Assembly: GCF_008831285.2 (NCBI RefSeq)
Contig: NC_045138.2
Coordinates: 41,416,001 to 41,480,000 of the forward strand
Direction: 5' to 3'
Source: Nymphaea colorata
Lineage: Eukaryota
DNA length: 64,000 nt
The notes under the pieces are model-generated. The model did no database searches. It was given only the letters and a program-made list of their open reading frames with translations, and had not been told where the DNA came from. A program made the position numbers and the translations under genes. Shown one piece after another: positions 38,435 through 50,826 of this stretch (positions within the stretch are counted from its first letter, which is position 1; each line of letters opens with the position of its first letter).

Positions 38435-38526
38435 CAAGCCCACTTAATCTTGTTTATTTTTACATTGGTATCTCATAGTCAAGCCCACTTAATCTTGTTT
38501 ATTTTTACATTGGTATCTCATAGTCA
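38435..38526. repeat. Perfect 45-bp tandem duplication inside a MITE-like element
   Basis: CAAGCCCACTTAATCTTG...TCTCATAGT at 38435 and 38480. Confidence 0.9.
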
Positions 38527-39199
38527 TTTTATTATTTACATATTGATTGCCCCTTAAAAAGTTTTTGATCTATTAATACTTAATAGTGCTACTTAACCAA
38601 AAACTGGTTTTGATTTCAAAATTTATATATACTTGTAACACCTGCCATGGTGGTTGTATGTTCGGGGATGAAAAAGACGGAAATGCCTTGGTGTAATAAA
38701 AGGAGAAAACTCTCTGTCATAGAAAGTCGTTTGAATGCCGAACACACCAATGGGTGTTCGGCCCCTTTATGGCTCTATCAGGTCTTTTTCACTTTTCTCA
38801 CAAGGTACAATTTCTTGTTAATGATTTTTGTTGTGGCGAAGAGCAATAAATGCCTGTTTGAATCAAAGGGGAAAAGTATGACAAAGTGTCTTGACTTTTC
38901 CAACTTCTCTTTACGTAGCTCCTTATACGCGTTTGATAAGAAGAATGGTCTCTTTTGAAGTCATGTTTCGGAAATACATGATAAAAAGTCGGCATGATTT
39001 TGCTTAAGAAAACATGCAATTATGAATATTATTTTTAACACCAACGGTCAGACTTTGTGCATAATTACAATATGGTTTTCTCGAAGAAGAAGATGAGTTG
39101 TTTAAGATAAATGTTACAAGTTTCAAGAACATGTTAATATTTTCTTACCAAACATCCACTTAGGACCGAATATCCTATTTCGATAAAAAAAGGACAATT

Positions 39200-39410
39200 T
39201 TTGGGGGGCCAGCGAGGACTTTGGCCTCCCCTCAATTTTTTTTTATTTATATGTAAAATTTAAAGTTTTAATTTGTCTTATATAAAAAAATTTGAAAAAT
39301 ATGTTTCAGCCATTACAAAATTTTAAAACAATTATTCGGCTCTTCTCATAAAAATTTTTGTTTCTACCCCCAAACTCCTGAAAATTTTTGTTTCTACCCC
39401 CAAACTCCAT
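39200..39410. mobile_element. AT-rich MITE (same family as about 37620-37780) with a duplicated right end of about 30 bp
   Basis: GGGGCCAGCGAGGAC...TTTATATGTAAAATT core shared with 37650; AAAATTTTTGTTTCTACCCCCAAACTCC occurs twice. Confidence 0.6.
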
Positions 39411-40646
39411 TGTGTTTGAATGAAACAGCCTGTTGGGGCCGGTGTAGTCAATATTGCTTCATACGAACCCCTCGTAGGGCTTGTACGGTCTTATACCTTT
39501 TTATTGATTTAAATTATTTTTGTACTTTGGAATATAAAATATACAAGCCTATACACAATGATACATAATTCAAGAATCGAAAACAGAACTAATACCAATA
39601 TTTACAATATGATAAATTGTAATCTGTCAGCTGCCAAGTGTTGTCGAATGCATTTTTTAAATTTTAGATTGCTTAGAAGCGGTCACTAATGTACTTATTG
39701 TAACAGTAGCAACAAAAAAAAAAATCTAGTCTCTTTTTCTTTTTCTGGCTCATTTTTTTTTTGTGGCTCATTTGGGAGGAACACAATAACAAAGTCTTCA
39801 AGAGCACCTTCTCATCGCCGGAATTTGTAGGACGCATTGTGCAGTAAGATGTGTACTTTGCTATTCGACTACGGTGCCGTCTTTTGTCTAGTGCTGGGTG
39901 ACTCTGTTGCTCTGTCTGTCCACTCTCTCTTCACCATTCTTATTATGTTTTATTGTACTACTAACTTATTTATTCTGTTCTTCAATTTTATTTTGCGGTT
40001 TGTTGTTGTATTCAGGGGACCTTTTGTCCTAAATTTTGTTATATATTTTCATTTTATCGTATATATATATATATATATATATTCTCTCTCTTTCTCTCTC
40101 TCTCTTTATATATATATATATATATATGACAAGGTTTATATCTTGGCAACAGGTCGGTTTACAAAGCATTTTGTAGACTGTGGAAACTGAGGCAGCTCGT
40201 CCATTAAAGCAGGAAAGAGCCTCAACCACTTGCTTGGGTTATAGCGTGTGCCAATTTATTGAGTGAGACCAAATATCGCTCCAATTTTCTTCATGCTGAT
40301 GTGCCCAATTTTTTAGCAGTCAGACTCTCTAGAGTAATGGGATGGGATTGTTTTCACCTGACAATTAATAGTGAAAGTCCAAAACAAAACGAACCCGAAT
40401 CCTTAGTCGAAAAGGAACGGTCGGAAGGAGCGACACCGTATGTGCAAAGGGTGAGCTAATTCAACTACAGTTGAGTATGTGTCTTTTCCTAATTAATGGC
40501 CCCATACAATTAATATCATTCTTACCTAATGCATCTGTGCAGTACGCGTCCTTAGCTCTCTTCCTCCCCCCATCTCCTACTAAGCAAGTTCCTTGTTTAT
40601 GTCCGTGGTAACTACTGGAACTTCAAATTCAGTGATTTCATACACT

Positions 40647-40757
<111 letters not shown>

Positions 40758-43700
40758 AAAAAAATTAAGTGGTGACTCTAGTTTTGTATAGTCCCTTAAC
40801 TATTTAATCCAAGATCGTTAGATCTAAAACTAATGAGAAAAAATTGATTTGTATTTTTGTTATGTAGTATTAGTTTGCACATTTTTTTTGTTAACCATCC
40901 ATTTGTTTAAGATATATATATATATATATATATATTTTTGGCATATTAAGTCTTCCATCATAAATTAATTGGTTTGATTTGATTGGAGCAATTTGCGTTG
41001 GGGCGGTTATTAACCACATGAGATTAAGAGGATCCAAAGTCAATATTCCCATCAAATTATATATATATATATTCCCATCAAATACGGAGATCTGATTCTT
41101 AATCATTTTTCACAAATTTGACTGGTCCAACTTAAATTTAATAATAAAAAAATGACCAATGTGTAGACCAAACTTTTCAAGCTGGGTCTTAAATACCGAC
41201 TAATTAAGCTACTTATGCCATAAGAACTAAATGGATACATTGGATTTAGTTTTGGTTCTTTTCTTGAACTCAAAAGTTTACTCAACCGTATCCATGCTCC
41301 GTTAGACTTGTTAGAAACGACCGGGATCATGCCGGAAAAGTCTAACGGCCCACCGGCGACAAATATAATAAAGTATTTTTCAAGTTAAAAATACCAACCC
41401 AATTTGCCTTGAAGCTTATAAATCAATTGGAAACCATGGTCTTTTGTGAGACCTATAGTGTAAGAGTTCATCATGTCTTATTTAGTCAAATACATCAAAT
41501 AAATTAGTCAAATACATCAAATAAATTAGCTTATAACCGCATTGCTTCTTTTGGTTCTCTTGTTTTTGGGATCCTGGGCTGCGTCGGATTCTAAACGTAT
41601 TCCTTTTGAATAACATTTCATTTAATTATGTTTGTGGGAGTCTCATCAAGCAACATACCAACCAACCAAATTTAGAATTGCTTTTAATGGAAAAAAATAT
41701 TTGAAATCCGCAGGTTCAATACTGAATCCAGATTCCTCCAACTACATTGGAAAAAAAAAAAAATGTGGCAGCACTTGGAATTAAAAGTAAATATCTATTT
41801 GGTCCTATTTATAATTTTTTTATATATTTCCGGTTACCCTAGATGGCTGCCATAATCGTCGTTTTGTGAAAAAAAAAAAAAAAAACAAGACGATTCCTCA
41901 TTGTTCACCGGCTCATATATTTAACTTCCTTGTGTATTTGTTTCCTTTTTGTCAAACTTTTGGCTAAAAAGTATTAGAAGATTGCATGTAAATTAGCCAA
42001 CCAACATGCAATTAAAGTCAATATATTTGACTAAAATATGACGCGACATAGCAAGTTTTCTGCACTCTTATCGACATCATCCAATTTTTCGTTGTTGTTT
42101 GAGTGCAAAATTTTCCAGTCATGGATTCAAAGGACGATACTTAAATGCGCGAACTAGTGTTCAGTCAAGGATTCAAAGCACATTATTTAAAGGACTTGAA
42201 CCACCGCTCGAGACATTGTGGGCTAAAACCGAGGGTGGAAATCATTGAGCTCCCATAATTTGTCAACAATTTCATGATATCAGGTGGACCCGGCGAAAAC
42301 AATAGGTCTTGAAATTCTAAGGACATCGAAACCCAGCCCTTAAAGAGGAAAAGGGACGCCACAGTGTATACGCCGTGTCCAGGAATTAATCAGCTTATTC
42401 CGATCTTAGTCGTATAATATATTATTTGTTTTTGGTGAGCCAGATGATAATAATTTACAACTCCGAAAATGTGTTCGAGGAACTTCTTATTTTTCAAAGT
42501 ATCGGCAATAATAATGGTGCACTTTTCAACTTACATGCCACGACACACCACTTAAAGCGACCACAAAAATTGAACTAGAGACTTGCAGTCTCTCCTTTAT
42601 AAGGTCTTAACCTTATTCGTTAAGCTATGCTCCTTGAGACAAATGATGTCATTTGTTGATGCAAGTGAATACATCTAATTGGTAAAAGTAGGGGAATTCA
42701 GACTGAATGGACTTGAATCTCATATAAGATATCCAATTAAATTGAAAAAATTATAAGCATCTGATTAAGATTAAAAAATGACATTCTATTAGATTCACGT
42801 TTGGTTTTAAATAAATATCAGATCATCTGTCCAATATCCTTATGTTTTCAAAGTCAGATCTTAATATAGCATAATTGCGGACTCAGTTAAAGCCTTAATG
42901 GCCAGACTGGAATTTGTTTGTTAATTAAAAGGTAAGACTTTTATTTTATTTTATTTTATTTTTTTAGCACAACTGTGAATCGATTTCGGTGAATCTACCG
43001 ATTCAGCAATTTTTCTGAGCATATCATCAACAGCCCGCAATATTAAAAAAAGATAATACAAAAATAAATAAATAAGGCTTTTGCAATAATTAAAAAAATA
43101 AGAGATTCTTTGAATATTCTAAAATATACATAAAACAGGGATATACTTAATACTAATAGCTTCGGGGTTTAATGTCAAAAGCAATTCCTCCTAAATAAAC
43201 ATTAAAAATAAACAATTTGATTCGTATGTAATCCACTCGCAAATCACACTTTTTAAAGTAAGAGTACATATTGCCATTTACTTTTATTAATTTGGTTATG
43301 TATATTTTACGTTTTTAATACCCAAATATGCCTAACTTGGTTGATTGTTAAAAATTAAAAATATGAGGTCATAAAGTAGCATTAGCGACAGTTTATGATG
43401 CAGCGACGGTAGATGATGCTTTGAACTACGAGTTATAACGACACGGACAGGGTGAAAAAGAGATGAATGTGGACAATCAAGCCCAAGCCCAGCAACTGAG
43501 TCCTACTGCATTAAATAAGGAGGAATTCGCGGCCAAATTAGACTTGCCTGCTTGGGAATCATATTCCCCACTAACAAAAAGAAGCGTGAAAATGATTCCC
43601 AGGATGCGTGGGACAAAGGCCATCAGCATCGTTTTCATTGACTTGCAATCGCACTGCGTCCTTTGGATTCCCCAAAGGCGCATTTCTCCTAACTTTCGTG

Positions 43701-44568
43701 ACAATAATTGCTTGTCACAAAATCATTCAATCGAGCACGTATTCAAGGGAAATCTCAAAAATAATGCACCTAAAAACTTAGCAACAATAAATTTCAATAT
43801 TAATAAAAACACGTATAATACTTGAATTTTTGCTCGTGCATGGCATATTTACGACTTATAAGCTTTAGTTGATGGGAAAATATTTGTAATTAATCGCACA
43901 AAGTACATATTCAAGTCCTTTTGTAGAAGTTTCTCTTTATTTTGGTACTTGGAATATTCAGAAAAGCAACATTGGATCTTATCCTGAAAGATGTAAGGAA
44001 CATGGAATGAATATACGGGAAATAGAGCGAGGGTGCACAATTTCTCCTCCATGACATACATGCAAACCATTCCTCCACGTCTATATATATATATATAATG
44101 AATTAAAAGCACTGGCTACTTAGATATATCATCTAATCACATAGATAATGAGCTCTTATATATATATATATATAATCTCTTTCTCTCTCTAATGTGTCGT
44201 ACCTTTAATGCCTGTAACTCTCGTGGCATCTCTCACCAAGCATCAACCTTACGATGCCTCTGAAGTCAATGAGTAATAATCTCTCTATTTCTCTTTTTGC
44301 TTACGCAAATATTATCGCCTCTCCCTTTCTCTGCGTCATCTCAAGACGACCCAGAATTGTCAAAACCATGAATGGCATTACTGCTGATCATGAACTGCAA
44401 ATCTGCTACCTCTGACCCTTTCTTCTCTCTCTCTCTACACCAAAATCAATTCAACGCCGTCTCCCCTGACCACCGACTTCTTTTCAGCACAGCCCACATA
44501 TAATCTCCCTGCCCTTTCTCTGCCACCCACCACCACTCTCCTCCACACGCCCCCTTCCTCCTCCCCCC

Positions 44569-44576
44569 TTATTTAA
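44569..44576 (+). promoter_or_regulatory. Candidate TATA box of the DUF4228 gene
   Basis: TTATTTAA embedded in C-rich sequence about 120 nt upstream of the ATG, followed by a CT-rich leader. Confidence 0.4.
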
Positions 44577-44690
44577 CGCCCTAATTCCGGCTGCCATCTC
44601 CGGCAACATCAGCTTCCAGCCTTCGCCACCACCACCCATCTGCTCTCTCTCTCTCTCTCTAGTAGAGGTCTCTAAGTGTACTCGACCTAT

Positions 44691-45374
44691 ATGGGCAACT
44701 CGATATCTCCTTGCTTTCACCCGCTGCCGAACGGCTCGGAGTCGCCGGTGTCGGCCGCCTCCGCCTCCACGGTCAGACTCATCTTCGCGGACGGAAAGGC
44801 GAGGGTGCTCCAGGGGGACCAGCCGGCCAGCGATGTCATGGTGGAACACCCCGACTGCAACGTCTACCACGCGGAGTCCTTCTTCATCGGCCGCCGCGTC
44901 ACCCCCGTCGACCTTTCCGACGTGCTGCCTGCCGGAAACACCTACTTCGTCCTTCCCGTCGACCGATTCGACTGCGGCGTCCTCCTCACGGCTTCCTCCC
45001 TCGCCTCCCTCGCCTCTTCTCCCACCACCTCCTCCCTCAACCACCACAACATCTGGAGCCTCGGCGACAGTCCGTTCGAGTACGTGAAGGGGTCGGACGG
45101 CAGGAGGGCCATCAAGGTGTGCCCCGAGTTCATCGTCGGCGTGCTCAAGAAGGCCGGCGAGGCTGCCGCGGCTGCCGGCGGGACGCTCTGCAGTTCCCCG
45201 GAGCTCCAGAGACAGTACACCATGTTGGTGGGGTCGAGGAACCAGGGTTGGTCGCCTAAGCTCGAGACCATCACGGAAGCCACCGCCGGCCTCAGTCGGA
45301 GGAAGTTTGGAAGGTGCAGCTCGCCCTGTGCCTTCTTCTTGGATAGGAGATGCAGGGGGGAGGTCTACGACTAG
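44691..45374 (+). CDS. DUF4228 / PADRE-domain protein, intronless, 227 aa
   Basis: MGNSISPC N-terminus (myristoylation/palmitoylation-like), VRLIF.DG, A.DVM.EHP...HAESFFIG, L..GNTYFVLP, PFEY, LCSSPELQRQY.MLVG, and the W.PKLETI.E C-terminal motif. The first ATG is 44691; the ORF-track start at 44676 is a GTG. Confidence 0.92.
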   Translation: MGNSISPCFHPLPNGSESPVSAASASTVRLIFADGKARVLQGDQPASDVMVEHPDCNVYHAESFFIGRRVTPVDLSDVLPAGNTYFVLPVDRFDCGVLLTASSLASLASSPTTSSLNHHNIWSLGDSPFEYVKGSDGRRAIKVCPEFIVGVLKKAGEAAAAAGGTLCSSPELQRQYTMLVGSRNQGWSPKLETITEATAGLSRRKFGRCSSPCAFFLDRRCRGEVYD

Positions 45375-48300
45375 GAACTTGAAGTCCACTAACTCTTCCT
45401 CTCTTCCTTCCTCTCTCTAACCCGGTTCATCATCCACCGCCATACCTTCATAGCTCCTCCTGCAAACTGTCCGTTGCTACTTGTTTTGATCAAGGCACGC
45501 ATCCAGCATGGCTGATGATTCAAAGTAGCGCTCAACCGCTTTTAGACAATTACACACAGATTTGAAGAGAAGTGATACGTGAAATCGAAGCCAATTCTGA
45601 AAAGGAAGGAAGCGAATTCTTGGCAGACGACTTTATGATAACAATTGTGGCCATTGCTTTTTCGGTTCATTTGTGGGCAGGTCACATATTTGGTTAAATC
45701 AACTTGCAGATAACGTATTGGGGGTCCATTTTGATGAAAACGATCGGGAATTATGAGAATCAGAGGGATTGTAGCATTCAAGTGGATGATAATTGAAGAT
45801 ATATCAGATTCGAATTAATCTTACCAACCCCAAGTGTCTTTCTATCGGGGCTTTAGTTTGCTTTTGATTGTTGTGTGGGAGTTATGTTGATATTAGGGAA
45901 ACAGGATGTAACATGAGCTTGGGTTGTACAGATTCTTTTCTCCTTAATTTGCCAGTTAAGAACAATATACAAGGTATATAAATTTTTGATGAATGCAGAT
46001 GATACGATTCGGGTGTAGTATATTCAACGGACGTGGTTGACAAGGGCTTCAACTGTTTAATTTCTTCTCCTTTTCCATTTTTTAGGGGTTAGGTTGCTCG
46101 ATTGGTTTGAACTTGTCAACCCATTTTTGTTGCAACTATTTACGTGGTCAAGCAGTTCGATATTTCTGTGTAATTGCAGTGTGTATTACGTGCACATGTA
46201 GATCTCTCTATAACTTGGAAACCATCATCACACGGCCGCCTTTCGGCTCTCCGTGTTCTCTTTTTGTTCTCCTTGAAATTTCTCTTCCTTCTTAATGAAG
46301 GAGAAGGTGGTCTGATGGAAGAGATGGTATGTTTCACGAAGCCATGATCACTTGGTCAATTCTGTTGTTGCAACTCCTTATTTCCAGGAAGGAGAGGGAG
46401 ATCTAGAGAAAGGAACTAACCTTATACTGTAACTTGTGAATCGATGTAATAGTCAGAATATATTCCGAAGCGTTATCCGTCCAGCCTCATGTCAGCGTTT
46501 ATATTTCAATTAGGTTTAGATCTATTAGGTAAGAAAATTTATCTTCCCTGCAAATAGGCATAAGGCATCACTTCATCATGAAAATAGAGGCTAAAAATAA
46601 TAACATAAATCCACCAATCGGAGGTTTAATATGTAGAATGCACTTCCTTATTGGTCATTTAGAAGGATTTTTTACATGTAAATTCGATAACGCAATAGCA
46701 TATTGAACAACACATATGGTATCTAACAATGGTTAATATTTAACAAGGAATAAAATATACTTATTGAGTCACTGGATTTTAATTTGTCTAAAACCTAACA
46801 ACCTGCCGTTTATATATAAAGAGATCGAGATAAATTCTGACTGATGAAATTGGTGGTTTCCAGAATTCGTTTAGAGACTATGTTTCAACTCTTTCTTTGA
46901 TGTAACTCGAATGTCTTCAACGGTCCCTCTTACTCAAATGTGGAAGTGTTGCCCTTGGCTGTGACAATCAATGGTATTAAGACTCTTAGTGTGGTAAATT
47001 AATATCCTAAACAATACAATGGTAAATTTAATATGTTAAACAATACAATGGTCAAATTGCTTAACCAACGATAAAGATTTTGATTGGCTAAATATGGAAC
47101 TGGAACTTGGAGATGATATTTCGTGCATTCTTCTATGTGACGGGAGACTATCGTCCTTCAGAGTTCCATTTTCGCTTTAAATTGAGACGTATCCCTCTAT
47201 GATTGACCATCATCATGTTCAAAAAGCATATTTTCTATGATTATATCCAGCGTTTCATTGTTGTACTGTATCAGTTCCTATTAGCTCATGATAGTATTAC
47301 CTGATATGCATCGTATTCGTATAGGCTCGAGGTTTTCGAAAAAAGTATGATTTTCTTTTTCATCTGTTTTGAATTTGCTATCTGTTGATTCTCAATAGAG
47401 TTCTGATAGCCCGGGACTTTCCCCTTGTATTTTCTCTTGTGAGAAGGCTTTGGAAAGAAAGGAAGCCTTTCTCCGCAAAGAAAAGTAGTTACATATCAAA
47501 TTTTCATATGATTTAGTTCTTTCTATCAGTTTAATATGTATGCTTTACGCTAGATCAGTGCATCCTTTTTTATTTCTCAAACGGGTTCGGTTGTTACTTG
47601 AAATATATTGCGCCGGACGTATTCTGCCTAACTATTTGCTGTTGGAATTAAGCACTCAACAACACAAGACGAGAAAGTATATGCCTGTACTGATGTAATC
47701 TGCTTTGCATAGACTATATTATATTGATTCTTGTAAAAATTTTTTTTTATCCAACTGCATACAAGAGTGAGAGGTAACTCGCCCTCGGCACACTAAAGAA
47801 GTATTTGTCGTATAACTGGCAACAAGTTTTCCCTATGGAAGTCTGAATTATTGAATGAAGTCTACTTGATTTTCATTGGTGGTTTGATGTACATGAAACA
47901 CTTTCAAAATCAGATCTCCATATTTATTCAAACTAATCTGAATGGTAGTCCCAAATAATCGAATCCCTGCCTCGGTTTGCCATGTAATCCGTTCTAGGGG
48001 AACTGCGCAAGAACCAAAACATTCATATTTCAAGTGTTCTGGCAATGACAGTATTCCACCACACTGCATGATCAATATAAGGCAAGATCAGATTAGACTA
48101 TAAACGAACAAGCTTTTGGCTGTAAAACCTTTTCATATTAAATGGGAATGCAGTGACCTTTTCTTTCGTATATATTTATATATTATGGAGGACAAGGAAT
48201 AAAGCACTGATATGAACAATGTAAGAATAGCTATAAATAAGCATACTGAGCTACATATGAAGTCATGTCATAGGTGGCAAGAGTTAAGGTCTCTTCCTCC

Positions 48301-49503
48301 GGTTTCGACACGTGGACATGCCGGGTACAATTATTGTTCATCCATTTTCTGTATTTTTTTCTCTTGTTGATGCATGAGCTGGGCTAGGTTGGGCCGATGC
48401 TTAGGGATAATTGAAGAAAGGAAATGGAGTAGGGATCCGAAAGTCGTATAAACAGGTCATAGTGTCTTCTAATTAGATACATGCAGAGAATCTTATCAAT
48501 GTCAATCACAATCCATCGGAGTGCTATTGCCTTTACTGATCATATATTAATATATCATCTCTTTTTTATTTTCAGATATGGACAAGCTAGTGTTTGCGGA
48601 AATCTGCATCAGCTTAGGCCAAAAAAGGCAGCAGGGCAACTTGAGATATCGACCAGCTCCATCAACATCATGGTCTTAGCCTAACCTCCTATTAGCTAGC
48701 TGCCAAATAAGTTTGTTCGTTTGCTTCTGTATTCATCAAACATACGAATCCATTGAGCTTGGTTTTCTTTAGTGAGTTACCATCCGCTTAACAAGGGTAA
48801 TGTGTATTTAGTGCTTAGCACTTCCCAATCCTGCTTATTCTTAACAACAACCCTTTTAATTAGCATCTTAACACTGGCCAGAGCAAATTAAGTCGATGCA
48901 ATGTTCGAAGAAGGACTGAGTTCATTCAGACAGGGGCAAATTGTCTTTTACTTTGCGGCATTTTCATTTTCTTATCAGAAAAATGGGTGTTTTTTTTTTC
49001 CACTTCTAAAATTTTGCCTTAATTTAGGGGCCCTTTTTCTCATGCTGGCAAAGTTCAATCAGAGAGACAGCCAGATTGAATCTGATTTGTACCCTGGCTA
49101 GCCCATTTAAGACTTCTTATCGCTGGATCAGGCTTATAGCAAGACACTCGGTTTTAAACTTGTGATCCAGTTCTATCTTGAAAGCCATAATTCAGACTCT
49201 TTTTGGTGGTGTATATAGCCCGTTCCAGGTGCAGTAGACATAAATGAAAGGAGAAATGTGTTCATTGCATCCATGGCCATATCATTGGAGCTCAGGAACT
49301 GACTAGATCGGAAGCGAAGCTTTAGCCTCCTTTGTGGATGTTTCAGCTTTGGCTGGTATTTGACTTCCCTCTCCATTGCAGTCCATTGCCCTAAGATCAG
49401 GTGTTGCACATGAGCATCAACTTTTTACTTACGCAAACTAAAGCAGCTCTAAACCCTGAAGGTAAGGGAAGGAGAAAGAAAGGCGACCCTTGGTTTCTCC
49501 GGT

Positions 49504-49653
49504 TTACCATGTCATTGTGACGTTATTCTAAGGAAATCATCAGATTATTGATACTAATGTTAGTCACAGATGATGGAATTACCATGTCATTGTGACATCA
49601 TTCTAAGGAAATCATCAGATTATTGATACTAATGTTAGTCACAGATTATGGAA
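49504..49653. repeat. 75-bp tandem duplication
   Basis: TTACCATGTCATTGTGAC...GTCACAGAT.ATGGAA occurs twice, about 3 mismatches. Confidence 0.92.
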
Positions 49654-50370
49654 ACTAAGATTGCCTACTACCCAGCAATTAGTGACCTACACAACTTAAA
49701 ATAGATTGCCAGTCAGGTGGAATCGAGCAGTCATATCAATTGGAAGTTTTCACAGCTTGTCGTTGTTAAACACTTTCCTCGTGGGAGCACCTGCATGTAC
49801 TCATGGGCAGTGGACACCTTGTCTGCCTGCGAGTTCGGCAGGCTATGGCTTTAACATCATAGTATCCATGGCGTCCTCAACTTAGGTAGGCCTTCTCTCT
49901 TTAATCCCCAAGAAGCATGTAGAGCTTGGCTTCCGGACCAAATCTTTGAAAAAATCGATTCAGGCATAGCCTATATTAATGTAACGGCACCATAATTGAG
50001 AAATGGGTGATGTGATTGAGTCAAACCGACTTTCCTCTCCTTCTAACTGTGGATAAAGTTCGGCAGATAATGCCTTAGAGAGAGAGAGAAGAGAGAGAAG
50101 ATCTTGGCAACTCCATATCGAACCCACCAAGACCACCCTCTTTCTCTTTTCATATTCAATACTTTTTTCTCTTTTGACTCAAGGTAGAGAGAGAAAGAAT
50201 TGCTTGAGTTGTCATGTTGGTAGTCATATGGATTTTCTTTTCCTTGTACTTGTGTGTGTGTATGTAACACATTTCCGAAGTGATTGTGTTCTTAATTTCA
50301 TTCTCCAAAAGAAGTTAGTCAAGGTCATATAGAAAGGTCATGACGCTTATTGCACCCTTTCCGCAAGAAA

Positions 50371-50440
50371 ATATCAGACATTAATATTGGCATTGTGCGT
50401 TGTTCATATCAGACATTAATATAGGCATTGTGCGTTGTTC
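50371..50440. repeat. 35-bp tandem duplication
   Basis: ATATCAGACATTAATAT(T/A)GGCATTGTGCGTTGTTC occurs twice. Confidence 0.92.
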
Positions 50441-50678
50441 CGGTGCAGAAAGAATTTCCAAAGAAGAAACTCTTAGATTTCTTCCCCGCATCAACTTCTT
50501 AGATCTTGGATTGTTAATGGCATTAAGTTGATTGGTTCTCCCCTTTCCTTCTTTTACAGTTGTGGGGGACAAGAAATCTGACGTCCTACTTTATCTTTAA
50601 TCCGTTTGTGACTCATCAGTCATGCATAGCAAAGTATGCGGCGATTCTTAAAACCCAGCCAGACGGACAAAGGCACTA

Positions 50679-50826
50679 AGGAGCTGCTTGGCAACAGTTC
50701 GATACTGTCTCATTAATCTGCTCCAAAGAGTAAAAGTTGGTTTATGAAACACTACAACATACTGTTTCATGAACCCATCCCGATCATTAAAGTAGATTCA
50801 TAAAATAAGTTATTACCAAACCACCT
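50679..50826. mobile_element. Tourist-like MITE
   Basis: GGAGCTGCTTGGCAACAG... / ...TTACCAAACCACC; interior similar to 17010-17148. Confidence 0.55.

Noticed and set aside
44484..45389. 301-aa antisense ORF and other overlapping ORFs over the DUF4228 gene
   Set aside because: Shadow ORFs expected from high-GC3 coding sequence; no recognisable domain.
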